A stretch of DNA of 64,000 bases, from positions 22,942,035 to 23,006,034 of the forward strand of contig NC_069003.1 of NCBI RefSeq assembly GCF_001194135.2, read 5' to 3'. Origin of the DNA: Octopus bimaculoides. Taxonomy: Eukaryota. Shown here piece after piece: positions 12,058-25,084 of the stretch. The position numbers and the translations under genes are program-made. The number at the start of each line of letters is the position of its first letter. Within the stretch, counting starts at the first letter, position 1. The notes under the pieces were generated by a model, which did no database searches, was not told the DNA's origin, and saw only the letters and a program-made list of their open reading frames with translations.

Positions 12058-12270
12058 GCGTGGCTTAGTGGTTAAGGGTGTTGGACTCATGATCGTAAGA
12101 TTGTGGTTTCGGTTCCTGGACCGGGCGATGCGTTGCTACAGTCCACTCAGCCGGCAAAAATGAGTAATCCTGCGACGGATCGGCGTCCCGTCCAGGTGGG
12201 GAATATATACGTCACTGAAACGTGGAAACCGGCCCTTATGAACCTGGCTTGGCTCGAGAAGGAAACATTT
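12058..12270 (+). mobile_element. tRNA SINE with V-domain-like segment
   Basis: Head GCGTGGCTTAGTGGTTAAGG, then CACTCAGCCGGCAAAAATGAGT, then CCTGCGACGGATCGGCGTCCCGTCCAGG (12169-12196), similar to the V-SINE motif CCTGTGATGGACTGGCGACCTGTCCAGG. Confidence 0.6.
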
Positions 12271-12699
12271 GTTATTTAAAAAAAAAAATTATATATAGTT
12301 AATTGAGATTCGGTTAAAGACCTTGTAGAATGCTGTGCAAAGCTCACCCACAATTACTGGTTACTTGATTTCATCATACAGTGGAAATGCTATTGCTACT
12401 GAATATACACCAGGAATCGCATAGCACTCGTAGAGTTTTATATAAATAGCCAAATGAAAGAGAATGAAATTAACGACATTCTTTATTTAAAAATTACTAC
12501 AATTCTTTCGACGCATTCTCACACCTGTAGTACATTAGTGAAATGTTGTGCAATCATCATTATCTTGCATCAAATTGAATGAAATGGCGTGAGGATCTAA
12601 CGAGGAACTTATTTAAACAATCACCAGAGGAGGCGCATTCTACACCTAGGGTGTATGATAACGATTGCGCAACTTCCATTTTCGTTCATTCCTCCTCTC

Positions 12700-13140
12700 T
12701 CTCTCTCTCCCTCCTTCTCTCTCTCTCCCTCCTTCTCTCTCTCTCCCTCCTTCTCTCTCTCTCCCTCCTTCTCTCTCTCTCCCTCCTTCTCTCTNNNNNN
12801 NNNNNNNNNNNNNNNNNNNNNNNNNNNNNNNNNNNNNNNNNNNNNNNNNNNNNNNNNNNNNNNNNNNNNNNNNNNNNNNNNNNNNNNNNNNNNNNNNNNN
12901 NNNNNNNNNNNNNNNNNNNNNNNNNNNNNNNNNNNNNNNNNNNNNNNNNNNNNNNNNNNNNNNNNNNCTTCTCTCTCTCTCCCTCCTCTCTCTCTCCCTC
13001 CTTCTCTCTCTCTCCCTCCTTCTCTCTCTCTCTCTCCTTCTCTCTCTCTCCCTCCTTCTCTCTCTCTCTCCCTCCTTCTCTCTCTCTCTCCCTCCTTCTC
13101 TCTCTCCCTCCTTCTCTCTCTCTCCCTCCTTCTCTCTCTC
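12700..13140. repeat. CT-rich minisatellite, about 18-bp unit CTCTCTCTCTCCCTCCTT (spans N gap)
   Basis: Direct tandem repeats visible on both sides of gap 12795-12967. Confidence 0.9.
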
Positions 13141-13857
13141 ATTAGTTAACCATATATATATATGTGGTTAACTAACGAGAATTCTGCCATTACTTCAACA
13201 GTTCTATAGATTTAATCCAACAATTATTGGGGACATGGCTAATTAGGAAATTACAATTACAAGGCATTTTGTGAATTATTTCCAGAAATACGACCTATAG
13301 CGTTTTAGTTTATTCAAACTCTCACAGTAAAAGCTATACTGAAGTACTACATTCATAGTTGAATAGTTTGTCTTACGTCATTTTTGTGCATATGTAAGTA
13401 TGTAAACACACATATACATACGCATACATACGCATACACACACTCACGCACGCACACATACACACACGCACACGCGCAGAGCCGTACATGCATATATGAC
13501 TACCTGGTGAATGCATGTATTTTCAAGCGCTTCTTTCTAGGTAGAAATAAACTACAAAAGAACTAACGAAAAACAAAACTAAAACCAAAACCAGAAGAAT
13601 ATGTAGTTAGTGATCAGATAAAAGAAACAATACCAGCTGATGACATTAATTTCTTATCTGATTTATTTCTCTGAAATTGTCCATTTTACACGTGCAACAG
13701 GAAAATGAAAAGCAACAAATGATTCGCCATTTCAGTTATTTACGATTACAATTTCTCTGATACTTAGAAAGCTATGTTGTTTTGTTGTTGTTGCTGTTAT
13801 GCTTTCTTGTTTTTCGTAATACGGCACGTTGTATCCTTGCGTAATACCCTTTATTTC

Positions 13858-14020
13858 AATACGCAATACGTTTAAAAAATATACTGTTGAAGAAAAGAAA
13901 AAAAAGATTAACTTACAGCGACGTGGAGCGTATATTCAGTCATTACATAAAGCAATACCGGTGGAATATTTCGGTCAAAACACATGTAAAATATAAGCCT
14001 AACAGACAAATCCCAATGAG
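13858..14020 (+). repeat. Unclassified dispersed repeat (copy of 10160-10325)
   Basis: Direct sequence similarity to 10160-10325. Confidence 0.8.
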
Positions 14021-14124
14021 CAAAAATGAGTAGCACCTGTATTTCAATGAATCAGCCTTGTCACATTGTGTCACACTGAATCTCTCTGAGAACTACGCCA
14101 AGGATACGCATGTTGTGGAGTGCG

Positions 14125-14556
14125 ATAATCGTTCCATGACATGGCTAAGTTAGATTTCCCCCTCTTGAAATCTTTAAGTACAGTTTTGTCTACCAGGAGT
14201 TGATCCTTGGTGTCTCAGCACTTACGCTTGCAACCCTTCTGCTCATGTGGCAGGGCTCCATTTTTCCCCAGATGTCCGTACATTGACTCTGCGACTATTC
14301 CAGTCAATAATTTCCACATAAGTGGCAAGCAGGATATCGGCCTGTATTTGTCTACCGTATTGCCTTTTTCGATGTTTTTCAAGCACAGCACTGTCCTACC
14401 CATTGTCAACCACTCTGGTGTTCCCTGGTCGGCATTCAACAAGGCGTTGAGTTGCGCAGCTGTTCGTGCATGACTTTCACCAAATCTTTTGATCCAGTAG
14501 CCTTGAACTCCATCTGGTCTTGGGGGCCTTCAAGTAGGCCATTTTTTGCTGATTTC
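14125..14556 (-). mobile_element. R4/Dong-clade non-LTR retrotransposon RT fragment
   Basis: [75 protein letters not shown], a classic R4 RT region. Its 5' junction abuts (TAA)n on the same strand. Confidence 0.88.
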
Positions 14557-14557
14557 C

Positions 14558-14624
<67 letters not shown>

Positions 14625-14646
14625 CATTATCATTACTATTATTATT
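14557..14646. repeat. (TTA)n microsatellite
   Basis: Direct observation. Confidence 0.95.
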
Positions 14647-14784
14647 CAGTAATTTTATTTTTATAACGTGCTTTCACTTCACTACCGAGCGCAGCTCTGT
14701 GTGCCTTGGGTATGTGCTGTGGTTTGCTGTGATGCTCTTATGGTTACTGTATTGAAAGTGTTTTACGTAGGATTTATTATTATT

Positions 14785-14965
14785 AAGTGTGTGAGCTGGC
14801 AGAACCGTTAGCACGCCGGGCAAGATGCTTAGCAGCATGTCGTCCGTTTTATGTTCTGAGTTCAAATTCCACCGAGGTCGACTTTAACTTTCATCCTTTC
14901 GAGGTCGATAAAATAAGTACCAGTTGAACACTGGGGGTTGATGCAATCGACTTGCGCCCTCCACA
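14785..14965 (+). mobile_element. SINE family B
   Basis: GAGCTGGCAGAACCGTTAGCACGCCGGGC...GAGTTCAAATTCC...TTTCATCCTTTCGAGGTCGATAAAATAAGTACCAGTTG. Confidence 0.9.
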
Positions 14966-17049
14966 TTATGAATGTGTGCACGCGTGCGTAATATACTGTA
15001 ATTTAGCCTCTTGATCGAGAAGAGATATAACAATCCCTTGTTTTTGTCCAGATATAGTTTGTCTGGGTCGTCATTATCTAATATATCGACTTCTTCAAGA
15101 CGGTAAAATATGGTATGAAGAATATGCGGTCCTTATTTCTATCTGCGTAAACGATCCTGCAGTGGGCTGGTTTCTAACGCAGGTTCTCAACATTCCTACA
15201 TTCCTTGACGTAACACGTCCCTGAGGCGACGAAAGCTAAGCTATTTGTAGACAAAGAAAGTTATTATTACAAATAAGCTGCAGGGATAAGAATATTACTG
15301 AACAGGATAAATTACAAAATGGCGGAAAATTTGAAGATAGACACTAACAAAGTGGAGAATTATGTGCATATAAGAGAAAGATATGTGACAGAAGCAATAT
15401 TAATACTGAGATGTCATATTTAACCCCACTTAAACGTGGATATTCTGTTAGAAAAAACTATACTGCGGTAGATAATATAGGAGAAACTCTCATATTGGAT
15501 TCTGGTGCCAATTGCACTCTTGTTTATGTCGCTAGCGGAGAGATAAATCCCCGCCATCTCCAGGGCAGAGACCACTAGATCACATGATTTCGACCTTCAT
15601 TGGTCTCGTCTATGATGGATGCTCGACCGTTATATATAGCAGTGACTCTTCTCTCTGCCAGCGATATAAAGAAAAACAATGTCAGAACAGGCGCTGGTGT
15701 CACGATTAGCCAGTGAGCTTGTTAGAGAGAGAGATAGAGAGAGGAAGAAGAGAGAAGGAGGAGGGAGAGAGAGCGCGCGGAAAAGAGAGAAGGAATAGGA
15801 GGAGAGAGAGAGACAGAGAAAGAAAAAAATTAAACACTGAGTGCGAGTCAGAATTTCGGAGAATTGAAGCAACATTCATGAACAGTAACAATTATCGCTG
15901 TCATCATCAACTCTTTCCTCCATCCTTCATCCTCATCCTCCTAACATCCTTGTCCACCTCCTTCGTCCTCCACATTATCACATTTCTTCCTTCCTCTGAA
16001 TCATATTTCCCACCTCATCGTTATCATAATCAGAGCAAAGCTGTCGCAAATGCAGCGAGTAAGTTTTGCAATTTAAACAACAATAATAAACATATAGAAA
16101 ATATGATAATTTAAAGTATTTATTTGTTTCGAGGTTTGAAGAAAAAAATTATAAATTGATTCGATTGATGGTTATGGATAATTTGAATTGAAGAGATGGA
16201 AAGATATCTGTCAGTATTTTCAGTGGCTGTCTTAAATAGACGGCACCATTATGAATGCATGCTTCTGGTGACCTTACATGAATTTCTCTGCAAAATGATT
16301 AAGTTCTTATGAATGTGGTTTAGAAAATGCGAAAGGAGTGTCGCATGATAAAAAAAGAATGAAATAAAATAAAGAAGTGAAAAGAGTATTGGGTATTTTC
16401 ATCACCCGTATGGTTAAGTAGCTATTCTGCTATAATAACGATTTCTACAAAGTCTTACGCATTTAATGTAATGTTGCATTAATGAGCAAACGACCGACCG
16501 GTCGTTTATTGGATGCTGAACACATCACATATTCACCGTTTACGTGTTAACTTTTCTTTACATTCAAACGATTTGGATGGCTTCCTCGTTCAATGTAACA
16601 TATCATAACCAGTGTCACAGCGCTATTAACGTCACGTTAACACCACTACTGCTTCATATCCATCATCTCCATTGATTATCATAATTTTCATTCTCCGTTC
16701 GCTTCTATCACCATTACATTAATTACAATCATAAACAACACAAATATCGTCATTATCACCTATTAATTATATCACTATAAACTTCATTACTATATTAGCA
16801 ATATCAATCCACCACCACAGCAATGGCTTTGTTGGTTTTTTCCTGTCATTTTTCATGTGATGCAGCCCATCTGCTTATTGATTTCTTATAAGAAAGAACA
16901 AGGTTGGCACTAATGACATTTGGATGTCCTGTGATACTGGTGAGGATGTATCGGTCAATGACTGGAGAAGTAATTCCATAAGACGAGTTTAGTTCTGGGA
17001 CTGAGAGATACAATATGATACACAGTAAGTGTGAAAAAAGAGGGAAGGA

Positions 17050-17900
17050 ATGTGTATCAACAAAATAGGGCTCTTTTAAATTTAGGATTCACGTTCAACA
17101 TCTTCCCAGATATATGAGCAACATCCCAAAGATATGTAGGAAGTTAGGAATCGGTGCTTTATTGATTCGATTTCGAAGCTATGTCTTCAGAATAGAGAAA
17201 GTTATAGGGGCGCTGAGAGTTGATTTTTTTCGTTAGAAAGATGTACGAGTGCAGGACTGTTTCCTTCATTGTGCGTTTGCGCTTTATAAGGAAGCAAGGT
17301 TGCAATTTCTTATCAGCTTGCTTTGTAGTATTGTTTTGATGTCACTATCCAAAGAAGCATTTTGAATTTGATACCAGCAGTCTAGTTTGTTCATGAATGG
17401 AAACATGCAGATATGAAAGGGGTCTAATATAGATAGAAACATGTATGGTTATAAGCTGAAGAAAGTAGGTTAATGTTGCGAAGGAAGATGTTGGAGGATG
17501 GTTCTATAGCAGAAGCGTGTTCGTTCTTTATCTTTAGGTACCCATTTTGGCTCATCATGTGATGAGCCAACTTCAGCTATTTAGAGGAAGCTTTTCCTTC
17601 TAATTTTTTAGTTAGGTGGATTGCCACGAGCGAGCTCGGATCTTCGGCATGAGAGCAGTTTATTCGGCTTTGCAACTTCAATGAGGAGAGAATTGTAGCA
17701 GGGTTTCTCGACGCCATACTTAGTGTTTTTCCAACGTTCATCTTCATCCTCAAGAAGTACTTTGAAATTATGTATTCTATTTGACAGATTTATTCATGTT
17801 ATACCTGTTTGCTGTATTTCCTGTTAGTGGTGGGATAAATATTCAACTTGGCTTTGTATTTTCTTAATGTTATTCATCATATTAACCCAGAAGACATATA
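17050..17900 (-). mobile_element. Decayed Penelope-like element (GIY-YIG C-terminus, hammerhead relic, ORF start)
   Basis: Minus-strand KPCYNSLLIEVAKPNKLLSCRRSELAR resembles the PLE C-terminal CxLCLxEK..LLNxRSEL motif. It is followed by a decayed CTGAAG-stem-(G)AAA(C) motif at 17533-17580. Confidence 0.45.
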
Positions 17901-18115
17901 TTATCAGGGTTTAAGCCACATTGCATCACTTATCACTTCGTTAAAGTTCTTTTTCAAATATTGTAATGGTAGATAAACACCTTCGGATTGCAGATGATAG
18001 GTAAATTTCTATTCCACTTATAAATAGTTTTTGTTCTCTTTTAGTGAGAAATGCGGCACCAGTGATATTTTCAGGGACCTCAAAACTTGTGATACTGTAG
18101 AAATAATAGTAGTGG

Positions 18116-18165
<50 letters not shown>

Positions 18166-19289
18166 CAACCACATTGCAAAGGAGAGAGTTCTAGTATAAA
18201 ATTTATTAGGAGTTTAAAGACAAATGGGGTTCATAGGTAGCCAACTCAAGAGATTCTCATATATAATTTAAGAGTTGATAGAGCTTACAAACTGTACAAC
18301 TAATTCTCTAGAAAGCTCAAGCGAGACACACACACCAGTTCCCACATCTGGAACTATACTATACAAATATCGTAGACTGCATCCAAAGAAGTCTCTCACC
18401 AACACACTGCAACTTCTGGTCAATAGACATACTGTGTTCTTTCTATGCTTGTTATACCACCGTTACTGTCACTTCCGATCTTCGGAGATGGATGGTCTCG
18501 TGTAACTCTGACTCACTCGTAACTCCTTCTTCACCCATATTGAACCCATCTCCTAATCACAAAGTAAACATTACTCGTTGATATCGATTCTTTAAAATTA
18601 TTTTGTTTATGTGATTGTTCTTTTTCGAAGTTTGCAATGATAACTACCTCTGGATGGCGAATGACAGGTGAATTCCTACTCGACTTATAAGTAGTTTTTG
18701 TTCGTTTTTAGTGAGAACTGCGGTGCCAGCGATATTTTTAGGAATCTCAAGACTGGTTTTAGAAAAGGAATAAGTTATCTTTAAGTCAGAATGCTTGCTT
18801 GCAACAAACAATATTCCCCTAAGGGCACAGTTTAACAGATTAAGCTTACCTATACCAAATAGGAATACAAAGCTTTGATTGACCCTTAGTTATAGTAGAA
18901 GACATATGCCCAAGGTGCCTCACAGTGAGTTCGAACCAGAAACCATGCTGTTTTAAGTGGACATCTTAAACACACGGCCAGGTCTGCGGTTATATATAAA
19001 GTGGGTACAGTGACGTACACTTAAGTTTCGAATTAAACGCTTAACAACCGCCTTATTGTGTGCTAAATTTCTTGCGAGTTGAGCTTCTCATTTCATTCCT
19101 CAGTAGTTGATAAAATAAATGCTAAACAAGTATTGGAAGTCATCCATATGGTTTTTTTTTTTTTACTCACTAATTTAAAAAGAGACAATTTATAACAAAA
19201 TATGTGAGACAAAAATAGCTTGTCTGAAAGAAAGAATTCGTAAAGAAAATACAAAGAACGCGAGTAAAATTATTAATGTTAAAAATATT

Positions 19290-19690
19290 GATTTAAAATT
19301 TTGGCAGAAGACGAATTTCAGAGGAGGGGATAAATCAATTACATCGATATCACTGATCGACTGATACTTATTTTATTCAGCTTGAAAAGATGAAAGGCAA
19401 AGTGGACCTCGGCGGAATTTGAACTCAGATCGTGAAGCCAGTCGAAATACCGGTAAGCATTTTGCTCTGTGTACTAACGATTCTATCACCTCACCGCCTT
19501 GCTTAATGTTAAGGGATGTTGATTTTAGATTTTGGCGCAAGGTGAGCAATTTCGGGGGATGGCGTAAATCGAATACAACGACCCCACTGCTCAACTGATA
19601 CTTATTTTATCGACCCTGAAAAAAATGAAAGGTAAAGCCGATCTCGACGGAATTTGAACTCAGAACATTAATGTTATAAATATTGAGAAC
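19290..19690 (-). mobile_element. Two head-to-tail family-B SINEs
   Basis: Two repeats of plus-strand ...TACTTATTTTATCGACCC...AAAGG(C/T)AAAG...GGAATTTGAACTCAGA. Confidence 0.85.
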
Positions 19691-19934
19691 AGCATGAGTT
19701 ACAAAGATAGACCTATCGCACACAAAACAGTATAAGAAGTATTTAAGAATGGAAAATTCCAGAGATAGAAATTTTGAATATGAGGATAATTTAAAGATTG
19801 AAATAATTGAAATTTTTAACCAATAGACTATAGAGACCAACGAAAGACGTATTCTAAAACTAAACAACGATAAAGTAGCAACAGTCATAAAACCTCGTAT
19901 AACACTGTGTTACAAAATTTAAATTGTTTTTTTG

Positions 19935-20275
19935 TTTGTTTTTGGTTAGTAGGTATTATTCCCTATTTGCTTCTATCTAGAAATCTAAGGAAATCACTAT
20001 TATTCCCTTCAAACTTTGCTTTTCTGACCTGGACATCAATGTTTTGACACTTATTTTCCATTACATATCAGACAGATTCAGCACTGAGTTGCTGAAGCAG
20101 AAATATCGTTACAGCAAATATTCTGCTCAATATCACAGATTTGCGTGTTAGTTGCTTGACCGTAACCACTTGACCGTAACCCTTAGTGGCCGACAATATG
20201 TGCATCACTGATCCCGAGCAGGAGTAGTGGGGGAGCATTACAGCCATGTGTTCAGAGGGATTCAAATAAAAGAAA
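19935..20275 (-). repeat. Unclassified ~450-bp dispersed repeat (copies at 39070-39500 + and 62480-62890 -)
   Basis: Shared CAGACAGATTCAGCACTGAGTTGCTGAAGCAGA...AGCAAATATTCTGCTCAATA...CCTTAGTGGC. Confidence 0.85.
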
Positions 20276-20704
20276 ATATATCTCAAACCTTAAAGAAATC
20301 AGTAACCAGAAGATACGAATGACAAAAAAGGGAGAAAGAATGACGAAAATGAAACGAATATCATAGAAATATGGTAACAAAAGAAGTAGCTGAACCGAAA
20401 TCAAGAAACTCATGAAGCAAGATACCCGAGCTAAATCTCAAAGAAACTGTCGATATGTAAAATTACAATGATTCTTTCGATAAACCTTGGTTCCAATCCC
20501 AAAATACTTTATCAAGATCGAACTACAAAAAAAAAAAAAAAAAAAACCTATTATAGAAATAAATGCAGTGCAAAAGTAATAGACATAAACGATTATGAGC
20601 ATCACAATCGTGTAAGGGGGTGGAATGTAATCCAAACTCTACAGATAACTGAAAGATACTAGGAATTAATATCGGGTTGAAATATCTGGGGGGAATATTT
20701 AATA

Positions 20705-20869
20705 GGCACAGGAGTGGCTGTGTGGTAAGTAGCTTGCTTACCAACCACATGGTTCTGGGTTCAGTCCTACTGCGTGACACCTTGGGAAAGTGTCTTCTAC
20801 TATAGCCTCAGGTCGACCAAAGCCTTGTGAGTGGATTTGGTAGACGGAAACTGAAAGAAGTCCGTCGTA

Positions 20870-20900
<31 letters not shown>

Positions 20901-21088
20901 NNNNNNNNNNNNNNNNNNNNNNNNNNNNNNNNNNNNNNGTTTACATCCCCGTAACTTAGCGGTTCGGCAAAAGAGACCGATAGAATAAGTGCTAGGCTTA
21001 CAAAGAATAAGTCCTGGGGTCGATTTGCTCGACTAAAGGCGGTGCTTCAGCATGGCCGCAGTCAAATGACTGAAACAAGTAAAAGAGT

Positions 21089-21093
<5 letters not shown>
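20705..21093 (+). mobile_element. SINE family A (spans N gap)
   Basis: GGAGTGGCTGTGTGGTAAGTAGCTTGCTTACCAACCACATGG...ATGACTGAAACAAGTAAAAGAG. Confidence 0.92.
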
Positions 21094-21119
<26 letters not shown>

Positions 21120-21224
21120 CTTTCATAGTATCAATAGAAATCTTTTGTGACCGATTGAAAGCGACCGAAACAACAACAGACTGATTTCTTGGGTGAGAAA
21201 AAAAACCCCCCATCTTAATTTTAC

Positions 21225-21420
21225 ACTCACAAAGACTTTAGACTCACAATTTGTCCTCTATAATAAAAATATCGTAGAGGATAAATGATTATCTGAAAAG
21301 AAGAAAAACCTCACTTCTAGAAGAACAAAGACAATGCCGCAAAACTGCTAAGACTCAAATGTTTATAAAGATTAATAACGGAACAAAAAGGTCATAACCG
21401 ACACCCGCATAAGAAATTCT
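21225..21420 (+). mobile_element. Highly decayed R4-like RT fragment
   Basis: LLEEQRQCRKTAKTQMFIKI resembles R4 LLxEEQKGCRxxSxGTKDQLxIxK. Confidence 0.4.
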
Positions 21421-21787
21421 GGTAATAATAGTTGTCAGTAAAATAGCACCGATAACGTGCAAGTACATTAAACATTTCACGAGTAAATGGCGATTCTGCA
21501 GTTAAGGACAAAGGAAGGAATTATAAAATGTCAGCTCATCTCCATTATTCGAAGATAATTCCGAGGAACTGCCTCTTTCCATTACTTTCTATACATGCAT
21601 AAATACATACGCACGCGAACGCATATTTGTTGGTATTTGCATGAAGGCTGTCACCGTATTTTAACTGAAAACCGCGAAGTTTTAGCAAGTTATCTATAGT
21701 CCATTCTTCGAAATAAACGTCTTGTTAGAGGAAAAAGCTTATTTTATATTAACTTATAAAATTACATTACAATATACAGTATATAAT

Positions 21788-22167
21788 AAGGTGGCGAGCT
21801 AGCAGAAACGTTAGAATGCCGGGCGAAATGCTTAGCGGTATTTGGTCTGTCTTTGCGTTCTGCGTCCAAATTCCGCCGAGGTCGATTTTGCATTTCATCC
21901 TTTTGGGGTCGATAAATTAAGTACCAGTTACGCACTGGGTCGATGTAATCGACTTAATCCGTTCGTCTGTTCTTGTTTGTTCCCTCTATGTTTAGCCCCT
22001 TGTGGGCAATAACGAAATAGGTATTTGGTCTGTCTTTGCGTTCTGCGTCCAAATTCCGCCGAGGTCGATTTTGCATTTCATCCTTTCGGGGTCGATAAAT
22101 TAAGTACCAGTTGCGTACTGGGGTCGATCTAATCGACTGGCCCCCTCCCCCAAAATTTCGGGCCTTG
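21788..22167 (+). mobile_element. Family-B SINE tandem pair with duplicated core and two different tails
   Basis: Core TATTTGGTCTGTCTTTGCGTTCTGCGTCCAAATTCCGCCGAGG is identical at 21839 and 22022. Tail 1 is ...TTTAGCCCCTTGTGGGCAATAACGAAATA; tail 2 is ...CCCCCAAAATTTCGGGCCTTG. Confidence 0.88.
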
Positions 22168-22260
22168 NNNNNNNNNNNNNNNNNNNNNNNNNNNNNNNNN
22201 NNNNNNNNNNNNNNNNNNNNNNNNNNNNNNNNNNNNNNNNNNNNNNNNNNNNNNNNNNNN

Positions 22261-22555
22261 ATTGAGCGAAAACGCCTAAAAAGCTCCACGTGGCTCCGGC
22301 AGGGGATGGTGGCGAACCCTGCTGTACTCTTTCACCACAACTTTCTCTCACTCTTTCTTCCTGTTTCTGTTGTACCTGTAATTCAAAGGGTCAGCCTTGT
22401 CACACTGATTCACGCTGAATATCCCCGAGAACTACGTTAAGGGTACACGTGTCTGTGGAGTGCTCAGCCACTTGCGAGTTAATTTCACGAGCAGGCTGTT
22501 CCGTTGACCGGATCAACTGGAACCCTCGACGTCGTAAGCGACGGAGTGCCAACAC
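22261..22555 (+). mobile_element. SINE family C (5' end in gap)
   Basis: Matches the 9165-9553 family and ends ...GACGGAGTGCCAAC. Confidence 0.92.
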
Positions 22556-22805
22556 TAGCACAACCACTAGCACTAGCTCTAGCACTAACCGAAGAAAAAA
22601 AAAACAGAAATAGAAAAGTTACTTGGAAGCAATTAGAATTTTACTGTCCGACAAACAAAATCTAAAACGAAGTGAGCTGATTATCAATTGAAACGACATG
22701 ATTATCCAAACATTTAGACTCACTTATAAAGGGACATCGGATTTACCTTTATCTGAATTTTGAACTTGGACTAGAAGCATACGCTACATTTGACTTACAT
22801 TTTCT

Positions 22806-22877
22806 TAATTTTCGTTTTAGTTACCGAATTATTTTTCGTTTTAGCTACCGGACTAATTTTCGTTTTAGCTACCGGAT
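22806..22877. repeat. 3 x 24-bp tandem repeat
   Basis: TAATTTTCGTTTTAG(C/T)TACCG(G/A)A(C/T) three times. Confidence 0.9.
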
Positions 22878-22945
22878 TACTTTGACTCTCCAGTGTTTTC
22901 ATAGCCAAATTCTGCCACGTGTATATGTATGTATTTGTATGTATG

Positions 22946-22976
<31 letters not shown>

Positions 22977-23248
22977 GTTTGTATGTGTATATGTATGCGT
23001 ATGTGCATATATTTGTCAGTATATATGTGTGTATATAGTGATGTATATATGTACGTGTTTGTGTATGCTTATGTGTGCAAGAGTCTATGTGTGTATGTAT
23101 TTCTCTATNNNNNNNNNNTATATAGTGATGTATATATGTACGTGTTTGTGTATGCTTATGTGTGCAAGAGTCTATGTGTGTATGTATTTCTCTATACGTG
23201 TCTGTGTATATATGTTTATATATATGTATATTTGTATGCTTGTCTGTC

Positions 23249-23292
<44 letters not shown>

Positions 23293-23339
23293 ATCTATGT
23301 CTGTATACCCCAATATAAAATTATGGCATATATATATAT

Positions 23340-23384
<45 letters not shown>

Positions 23385-23582
23385 GTCTGTCTGTCTCTCT
23401 ATATATGTATACATATATGCGTATGTGCTTATATATGTATGCGATTATATATATATATGTGTGTATATATGTCCATACACGTGTCCGTGTGTATATACAT
23501 ATATGCATGTATATATATATATGTATGTGCGTGTGTGTATGCATGTATTTTTGTTTATATTTGTATAAATGTACGTAATCTA

Positions 23583-23613
<31 letters not shown>

Positions 23614-23983
23614 CTATTTATGTAGGTGTTTATGTCAATGTGTATGTCTATATATAAATCTATATCTTTGTTTATTTGCATGCTTTGTATCTCTATACAC
23701 ACATATTGTTATCAGTAACATGTGTTTCTTTCTCATTGTTCTTGGCCTGTTAATTGTCAAATTGGCTAGAATCTTTATGTTGATCAGTTTTACGAATCTC
23801 TAAATTATCTTAACTCTCTCTCTCTTTCTAGATTTTGGATTCTATCCCTTCCTGCCTATCTCCATTTGCAACCTACATATTCTGTGTATATTTTATATAT
23901 GCCTACACGAGATCTTCCTCTGTGTATCCCTATACACATAGATTTATCTGAATTTACATTTGCCTGGGAATTACATGTTACTC

Positions 23984-24049
23984 TTCAATCTCATTTCCTG
24001 TATATTTCAATCTCATTTCCTACGTACTTCAATCTCATTTCCTACACAT
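23984..24049. repeat. 3 x 22-bp tandem repeat
   Basis: TTCAATCTCATTTCCT plus 6 variable nt, three times. Confidence 0.9.
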
Positions 24050-24246
24050 GTTTTATGCTTTACCGATGGTAATCTTTCCCTTATATAAATACTTTCCAAA
24101 ATAAAATTTCACTGCATTTTTAAAGCTCCGACGAAGCTATAGGCTGATACACAAACACTCAACTTTAAGTGCATCTCATCCTATAGCAGAAACAGCTGTA
24201 AGCTAATGAAGTTCATTACATAATTTCTTGTTCCCACGACATTTAC

Positions 24247-24296
<50 letters not shown>

Positions 24297-25084
24297 ATAT
24301 TTAAAAAAAAGGATTGACGTAACTCTTCACGAAGGTAAATAGTCAAGACGAAGAGTGCGATTTTAGATGTTTTATTTTTTTAACAATATTTCGACAGAAT
24401 GTCTGTCTTTCTCAAGTTCAAACCAAAAGGTAATTGANNNNNNNNNNNNNNNNNNNNNNNNNNNNNNNNNNNNNNNNNNNNNNNNNNNNNNNNNNNNNNN
24501 NNNNNNNNNNNNNNNNNNNNNNNNNNNNNNNNNNNNNNNNNNNNNNNNNNNNNNNNNNNNNNNNNNNNNNNNNNNNNNNNNNNNNNNNNNNNNNNNNNNN
24601 NNNNNNNNNNNNNNNNNNNNNNNNNNNNNNNNNNNNNNNNNNNNNNNNNNNNNNNNNNNNNNNNNNNNNNNNNNNNNNNNNNNNNNNNNNNNNNNNNNNN
24701 NNNNNNNNNNNNNNNNNNNNNNNNNNNNNNNNNNNNNNNNNNNNNNNNNNNNNNNNNNNNNNNNNNNNNNNNNNNNNNNNNNNNNNNNNNNNNNNNNNNN
24801 NNNNNNNNNNNNNNNNNNNNNNNNNNNNNNNNNNNNNNNNNNNNNNNNNNNNNNNNNNNNNNNNNNNNNNNNNNNNNNNNNNNNNNNNNNNNNNNNNNNN
24901 NNNNNNNNNNNNNNNNNNNNNNNNNNNNNNNNNNNNNNNNNNNNNNNNNNNNNNNNNNNNNNNNNNNNNNNNNNNNNNNNNNNNNNNNNNNNNNNNNNNN
25001 NNNNNNNNNNNNNNNNNNNNNNNNNNNNNNNNNNNNNNNNNNNNNNNNNNNNNNNNNNNNNNNNNNNNNNNNCTATTATGATAT

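Noticed and set aside
23030-23195. ~78-bp direct duplication
   Set aside because: Identical copies directly flank a 10-N gap; most likely an unmerged contig overlap.
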